Assembly (NCBI GenBank): GCA_964490125.1
Contig: CAZBAJ010000001.1
Location: 3,573 to 67,572 of the forward strand
Direction of reading: 5' to 3'
DNA from: an uncultured Candidatus Saccharibacteria bacterium
GTDB taxonomy: Bacteria > Patescibacteriota > WWE3 > UBA101185 > UBA10185
DNA: 64,000 nt
Position numbers and translations under genes: made by a program. Below are positions 58,958 through 64,000 of this stretch, one piece after another; position 1 is the stretch's first letter; every line of letters starts with the position of its first letter. The notes beneath the pieces were generated by a model. That model ran no database searches. It worked only from the letters and a program-made list of their open reading frames with translations, and was not told the DNA's origin.

Positions 58958-59923
58958 ATGTTAAACAAAGTCGCTACAATAGAAATCCTGCCAACAATTC
59001 CATTTAATTTTGACGCAACTTTTCACAAACCCGATCACTTTCCCAGCGGAGACAACATCTGTGAGGCGGGCGTCAGGTGGCAAACCTGTTTTTGGCAAAA
59101 TAAACAAGTCGGGCTTAAATTTGTCAACACAGGTACGGCAAAAAAGCCCGTGATACAAGTAGAAGTTTATTACTCCGCCAAACTCTCCCAGCAGTTTTTA
59201 GAGTCGCTCAAGCAGGAACTAAGTTATAGGTTCAATCTGCATTTGGATTTGTCGGACTTTTATGCCAACTTTAAAAACGACCCCGTGTTAAAAGAGCCTA
59301 TTAAAAGGCTTTACGGTATGCGTCCCAGCCACGCGGGATCCCTCTACGAATATTTGGTTATTGGCATTGTGTTGCAAAATACTTTTGTCAGGCGGTCGGT
59401 GCAAATGTTGCAAGCGCTGTTTGAGCATTACGGTAAGTTGCTTGAGTACGACGGCAAGAAGCTGTGGGCGTTTTGGCAACCCGGTAGTTTGGACTCTGTG
59501 ACGGAAGCTGATTTGCGCGCACTTAAATTGGGCTACCGGGCAAAGTCGGTTAAAAAGTTGGACGACGCATTTAGAGCAGGCGTTGTGGATGAGCTTGCCC
59601 TGCGTAGTGCCGATTTGGAAGCCCAAAAGCGCGAGTTGCTTAAGTTGTATGGCGTTGGTCCGGCAACAGTTTGGTATCTGCTGTTTGATGTCTTTCATCA
59701 GTACGACTTTTTTACGCACATTTCGCCTTGGGAGCAAAAGATTTATTCTAAAGTGCTGTTTAACCACGACCCGGAAAATCCTATGGAGGTTGACGAGTTA
59801 ATTAGGTATTTTGACAGGTTCGGGCAGTACCGTCAGCTAGCCGTCCACTATATTTGGGAGGACTTGTGGTGGAAGCGGAAGAACCAAAATGTTCCGTGGC
59901 TGGAAAAACTCATCCGCTTATAA
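58958..59923 (+). CDS. HhH-GPD superfamily DNA glycosylase (AlkA/OGG-like)
   Basis: YE.L...I.LQN, LR.LKLGYRAK, L.KLYGVGP.T HhH, W.DLW tail. Confidence 0.8.
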   Translation: MLNKVATIEILPTIPFNFDATFHKPDHFPSGDNICEAGVRWQTCFWQNKQVGLKFVNTGTAKKPVIQVEVYYSAKLSQQFLESLKQELSYRFNLHLDLSDFYANFKNDPVLKEPIKRLYGMRPSHAGSLYEYLVIGIVLQNTFVRRSVQMLQALFEHYGKLLEYDGKKLWAFWQPGSLDSVTEADLRALKLGYRAKSVKKLDDAFRAGVVDELALRSADLEAQKRELLKLYGVGPATVWYLLFDVFHQYDFFTHISPWEQKIYSKVLFNHDPENPMEVDELIRYFDRFGQYRQLAVHYIWEDLWWKRKNQNVPWLEKLIRL

Positions 59924-59991
59924 AAGTCACACAAAAACAACTAAACCCCCGTAAATTAGAGTTCTAGCCTTATTTCTGGTACATTACCCCT

Positions 59992-60996
59992 ATGGAAGAC
60001 TTGCACGAGCGCCTTACAACGCTTAGAAAAAAACTAAATATTGAGGCAAAAAAGGATGAAATCTCCGCGCTAAAAGAAAAGATGCAGGACGACTCGGTTT
60101 GGCAGGACTGGGAAAAAGGTCAAAAACTTTCTAAGGAGCTTTCTGACTTGCAAAAAGAGGTGGAGGATTTTGAGATGCTGGAGCTTGTTGCGCAAGAGGA
60201 AAATCTCGAGGAATTTGAAAAAGCTTTATGGGAATTGGAAAAAAAGACTTATTTAAGTATGCCGTACGACAAAAGCGGGGCAATTCTTTCTATTCACGCG
60301 GGTCAGGGCGGGACGGAGGCCATGGACTGGACGGAAATGTTGTACAGAATGTACACGCGGTTTTGCGACAATAAAAATTGGAAGCATGAAATTTTGGCAA
60401 TGACGCCGGGTGACGAGGCGGGTTATAAATCGGTAAGTATAGAAATTGACGGTAAATATGTGTACGGGTTTTTAAAAAACGAGTCGGGGGTGCATCGGCT
60501 GGTACGACAGTCGCCCTTTAATGCCAATGACCTGCGTCAAACCTCTTTTGCTCTAGTAGAGGTAATTCCGTTGGTAGACGATTCAATTGCGGATATAGAA
60601 ATTAAGGAGGACGATTTGGAGTGGGATTTTTTTAGAGCAGGCGGACACGGTGGCCAAAATGTTAACAAAGTTTCCACGGCTGTGCGACTTAAACACAAAC
60701 CAACGGGCATTATTATAGAAAACCAAACGGAGCGTTATCAGGGGAAAAATCGGGAAAAGGCGTTGCAGGTATTAAAGTCTAAATTGTACGCACTGCAGTT
60801 GGAGGAAGCTAAAAAGGAAGAAAGAAAAATGAAGGGGGATTATAAAGTACCGGGTTGGGGCAATCAAATCCGTAATTATATTTTACATCCTTACAAGCTA
60901 GTTAAGGATTTACGGACAGATTTAGAATCAACGAATCCGGAGAAAGTTTTGGACGGGGAATTGGATGAGTTTATAGATGCAGAGTTGAAGCTTTAG
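59992..60996 (+). CDS. prfB: Peptide chain release factor 2 (no programmed frameshift)
   Basis: [11 protein letters not shown] (SPF motif), [15 protein letters not shown]. Confidence 0.98.
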   Translation: MEDLHERLTTLRKKLNIEAKKDEISALKEKMQDDSVWQDWEKGQKLSKELSDLQKEVEDFEMLELVAQEENLEEFEKALWELEKKTYLSMPYDKSGAILSIHAGQGGTEAMDWTEMLYRMYTRFCDNKNWKHEILAMTPGDEAGYKSVSIEIDGKYVYGFLKNESGVHRLVRQSPFNANDLRQTSFALVEVIPLVDDSIADIEIKEDDLEWDFFRAGGHGGQNVNKVSTAVRLKHKPTGIIIENQTERYQGKNREKALQVLKSKLYALQLEEAKKEERKMKGDYKVPGWGNQIRNYILHPYKLVKDLRTDLESTNPEKVLDGELDEFIDAELKL

Positions 60997-61049
60997 GAAT
61001 TTTTCCAAAAACTATAGACAAATTTTGTACTCAATATATAATAGTCGAT

Positions 61050-62309
61050 ATGGAGAAGGTAGAAATTAATCCCACTGATCAGGAAAGCGCTCAAATAATA
61101 AATCAGGACGCGGTTCCGGCGCCACATTTTGTCAACCCGCAAGAATTGCAACCGGGAGGCTCGTTTAGCAAAAAGTATATTATTGCCGGTCTTGTGGTGG
61201 GATTGGTGCTGGTTGGGGCATTTTTTGCGCTGTCCTACTTTAAAAATTCAAACTTGTGGGTAAACAGGTCTTCCGTGTTTAAAAATGTGGGCGACGGGGG
61301 AGCCAAGCCCAAAGAAATCGTCAAACCAATTATGAATCCGTTGACCGGCGTAATGTACACAGAAGAAGATTCCGCAAGCTGGAAGGATGTGCGACCTTTA
61401 GGTGTAATGATTAACAATCATCCGGATGCCCGTCCGCAAGCAGGTTTGGTGGACGCGGAATTTACCTATGAAATTGTAGCGGAGGGCGGAATTACCCGCT
61501 TTTTGGCGTTTTACCAGTCGGTTTTGCCGGAAAAAGTTGGACCAATTAGAAGCGCGCGGGAATATTATTTAGTAATGGCAAAAGAAATGGGTGACGCTAT
61601 GTACATGCACCACGGTTTTTCCCCGCAGGCGTTAATTGACATTGATAGCTGGCCGGTACGAAGTTTGCAGAGGGGAAACGCCCCCACTTGGCGGGAAAAT
61701 CCGCGAAATGTGGCGGTAGAACACACTCTCTACGCTAACGCTAAAGAGCTGGTAAAAACCGGTCTAGATTTGGGTTGGACGGGTAAGGCAGAGGATTTTT
61801 ACACCTGGCAGTTTAAGGACGATACGGGTACTTACGGCTCCATGCCGGAAGCAGATAAAATTTCGTACGACTTTTGGTACCAGGGCGACTTTTCTGCCAT
61901 GTGGCAGTATGACAAATCGTCCAACAGCTATTTAAGGTTTATGGGTTTTGACGACGGCGGTAAGGAAATACCCCACAAAGATGAAACAACCGGAAAGCAG
62001 ATTTCCGTATCCAATTTAATAGTCCAATTTGCTACGGAAACTAAGATTGCGGGTGACGAAAAGAATCGGTTGGACTACACTTTAATAGGAAGCGGTAAGG
62101 GTTATGTCTTTTTAGATGGTCGTGCAATTGAAGTTACTTGGAGTAAAGCCGGTAGAGACGCCCGCACCAAATATTATGATACAAACGGCGCGGAAGTTAA
62201 GTTTAATCGTGGCAAGTTTTGGGTAGCAATAATTCCAGATCGAAGTCCAGAAAATTTAAAGTTTAGTTCGTCTACGGCGTCGCCAAGTGCTACGCCTACT
62301 GCCCAGTAA
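61050..62309 (+). CDS. DUF3048 (YerB-like) membrane-anchored protein
   Basis: TM helix, PLTG, VMINN...ARPQ.GL, AEGGITRF, GPIRSAR. Confidence 0.9.
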   Translation: MEKVEINPTDQESAQIINQDAVPAPHFVNPQELQPGGSFSKKYIIAGLVVGLVLVGAFFALSYFKNSNLWVNRSSVFKNVGDGGAKPKEIVKPIMNPLTGVMYTEEDSASWKDVRPLGVMINNHPDARPQAGLVDAEFTYEIVAEGGITRFLAFYQSVLPEKVGPIRSAREYYLVMAKEMGDAMYMHHGFSPQALIDIDSWPVRSLQRGNAPTWRENPRNVAVEHTLYANAKELVKTGLDLGWTGKAEDFYTWQFKDDTGTYGSMPEADKISYDFWYQGDFSAMWQYDKSSNSYLRFMGFDDGGKEIPHKDETTGKQISVSNLIVQFATETKIAGDEKNRLDYTLIGSGKGYVFLDGRAIEVTWSKAGRDARTKYYDTNGAEVKFNRGKFWVAIIPDRSPENLKFSSSTASPSATPTAQ

Positions 62310-62347
62310 TTAATTTGGAGCGCCTTACTGCTCGGGCGAAATAAAAT

Positions 62348-62932
62348 ATGCTAGAAAAACTTCTAGTAAGTGGGGTAAGGTTAAAAATTTTGCGCGCAAT
62401 GCTTACGCGTCCCGGTGAGCAAATCCACATTAGGGGATTGGTGCGCGAGGTAGGGACGGAAATTAACGCGGTTAGGCGCGAACTTAGCAATTTGGAGTCG
62501 GTGGGGCTGTTGGTTAGCCGCAAAAGTGGCAATAGAGTTTATTACACTCTAAATACCCATTGTACATATTATCCGGAGCTTCTAGGTCTTACCGCTAAAG
62601 AATATGGGTTGGGCGCAAACATAATTTCCGGCGTCAAGAATTTGGGCGATATTAAGTTTGCGGTGTTGTCACGCGCGTTTGCTGGAAAGCGTCGCAAATC
62701 TTCATCTTTAGATGTCGACCTGTTTGTGGTAGGAAAAGTTAATGTAGACGCTTTGGAGGACATGGTTAAGAAGGAGCAGGAACTGCGCGGTTACGAGATA
62801 AATTACGCGGTTATGGGTGAGGACGAATTTAATTACGCCAAACGCAAGAACGATCAGTTTGTGATTAGAGCGCTGTTGCAAAGCCGAATCATGTTAATCG
62901 GCGACGAGGAAACTTTCTGCTCACTTTCTTAA
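62348..62932 (+). CDS. ArsR-like wHTH fused to a degenerate nucleotidyltransferase domain
   Basis: S..R.KIL, RGLVRE...INAVRREL..LE..G, GNR.YY; DVDLFVVG, EINY. Confidence 0.75.
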   Translation: MLEKLLVSGVRLKILRAMLTRPGEQIHIRGLVREVGTEINAVRRELSNLESVGLLVSRKSGNRVYYTLNTHCTYYPELLGLTAKEYGLGANIISGVKNLGDIKFAVLSRAFAGKRRKSSSLDVDLFVVGKVNVDALEDMVKKEQELRGYEINYAVMGEDEFNYAKRKNDQFVIRALLQSRIMLIGDEETFCSLS

Positions 62933-62979
62933 CTTAATAGTACTGCCGGGTGTGGGAATGTGTTAAAATTTTGGTCGAC

Positions 62980-63006
62980 TTGATTGGTTTGATTGGTTTG
63001 ACTGGT
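62980..63006 (+). repeat. 3 x 9-bp tandem repeat TTGA(T/C)TGGT upstream of secD
   Basis: TTGATTGGT TTGATTGGT TTGACTGGT. Confidence 0.7.
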
Positions 63007-63024
63007 GCATTTTGTCAAATTGCT

Positions 63025-64000
63025 ATGAAAAAGGACTTCTTTAAACTTGGCGCAATAGTAGGACTTTTTGTTTTGGCGACTTTGATTTCCTTGCCGGTCG
63101 TGCCGGTTAAAATTCCCCAGCTTGGTATTGATACCACTGTTGGCGGTTATTATGTCCGACTTTTTGGTGACAAATTTACTTTGGACTTGCGGGACATTAA
63201 GCGCGGTTTGGATTTGCAAGGCGGGGTTAAATTGGTTTTGCGTGCTGACATGTCAAAACTGGCGGAAGCGGATAAAGCCAAAGCTCTAGAGTCTTCAAGG
63301 GAAATTATATCAAGACGGGTTGACTTTTTAGGCGTAGCCGAACCTCATATTAATACCGTACGGGCGGGCGAGGATTACAGAATAGAAGTTGAGATTCCGG
63401 GCATTGCTGATATTAAAACCGCAGTAGAGGCAATAGGTCAAACCGCGCAGTTGAGGTTTAAGATTTTGCCTAAAGACTTGGAGTGGAATCAGGATAAGTT
63501 TTTGGACTACTTTCAGAAGCCGGAATTATGGCAGGACACAGGTATCACGGGCGCGGATCTTCAGGGTGCGGAGGTAGTGTTTCCTCAAGGTACGGCTTTA
63601 AAAGACAAAACTACGCCACAAATTGAATTAAGATTTTCTCCGGAAGGTCGTAAAAAGTTTAGTGACTTAGCAAAGGAGAATGTAGAAAGACCTGTTGCGC
63701 TGTTCCTGGATGAAAGTCAGTTTCCCATCTCTATGCCAGTTATTAGCAAGGATTTGGCAAACGGACTAACTGGTGACCCTGTAATAAACGGTACTTTTGA
63801 CATGGCAAGCGCGCGGGCGTTAAGTTTGCAAATTCGTGCGGGGGCATTGCCTGTGCCTATTGAGGTTTTGGAGCAAAAAAATATTGACGCAACTTTGGGT
63901 GCAGAATCAGTGCAAAAAAGTCTTAAGGCAGGAGCAATAGGGCTTGGTGTTGTAATGATTTTTATGATTATTTTGTATGGTGAGCTGGGCCTGATAGCGG
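63025..64000 (+). CDS. secD: Protein-export membrane protein SecD (3' truncated by window edge)
   Basis: Manual translation: GLDLQGG, RRVDFLGVAEP, IEVEIPG, IGQTAQLRF, IRAGALPVP, ATLG. Confidence 0.95.
   Translation, partial: MKKDFFKLGAIVGLFVLATLISLPVVPVKIPQLGIDTTVGGYYVRLFGDKFTLDLRDIKRGLDLQGGVKLVLRADMSKLAEADKAKALESSREIISRRVDFLGVAEPHINTVRAGEDYRIEVEIPGIADIKTAVEAIGQTAQLRFKILPKDLEWNQDKFLDYFQKPELWQDTGITGADLQGAEVVFPQGTALKDKTTPQIELRFSPEGRKKFSDLAKENVERPVALFLDESQFPISMPVISKDLANGLTGDPVINGTFDMASARALSLQIRAGALPVPIEVLEQKNIDATLGAESVQKSLKAGAIGLGVVMIFMIILYGELGLIA

Noticed and set aside
297-63219. Many 60-200 aa ORFs antisense to or overlapping conserved genes (e.g. 8497-9114, 31298-31726, 51325-51735, 59288-59767, 62929-63219)
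   Set aside because: Shadow frames of well-supported genes, with no motifs or start signals.
1-64000. CRISPR array, integron attC array, IS/transposase, rRNA/tRNA, alternative genetic code
   Set aside because: No regularly spaced repeats, recombinase/transposase motifs or RNA gene signatures were seen; TGA terminates conserved genes such as rpsL and RF2 is present.

Overview
Bacterial chromosomal window, genetic code 11 (TGA stops are used and RF2 is present). Gene content points to a Patescibacteria/CPR organism, possibly WWE3/Microgenomates-like; this is inferred from the missing L30, a protease-less Lon, a membrane-anchored Clp ATPase and many leaderless genes. 1-12 kb: rpsO-pnp-Lon-like ATPase-UDG-rnj-ftsK and lepB. 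12-42.7 kb: one contiguous rpoBC-str-S10-spc-alpha-rplM/rpsI supercluster that lacks L29 and L30 and has an internally shortened L3. It is interrupted by YbaB, a two-methylase restriction-modification cassette and an orphan PemK/MazF toxin. 42.7-60 kb: accessory region with a HelD-like gene inserted into the rpsI 3' end (59-bp direct repeat), an XRE/TasA/SipW module, a Clp ATPase and a cluster of DNA-damage/genotoxin-resistance-type genes. The window ends with prfB, DUF3048, an HTH-nucleotidyltransferase-like gene and partial secD. The best candidate for an undescribed system is two unrelated orphan RNase genes (PemK/MazF and NYN). Each is faced at its 3' end by a convergent sigma70 promoter driving a short two-hairpin RNA, suggesting RNA-antitoxin modules. 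No tRNA, rRNA or CRISPR array was recognised.
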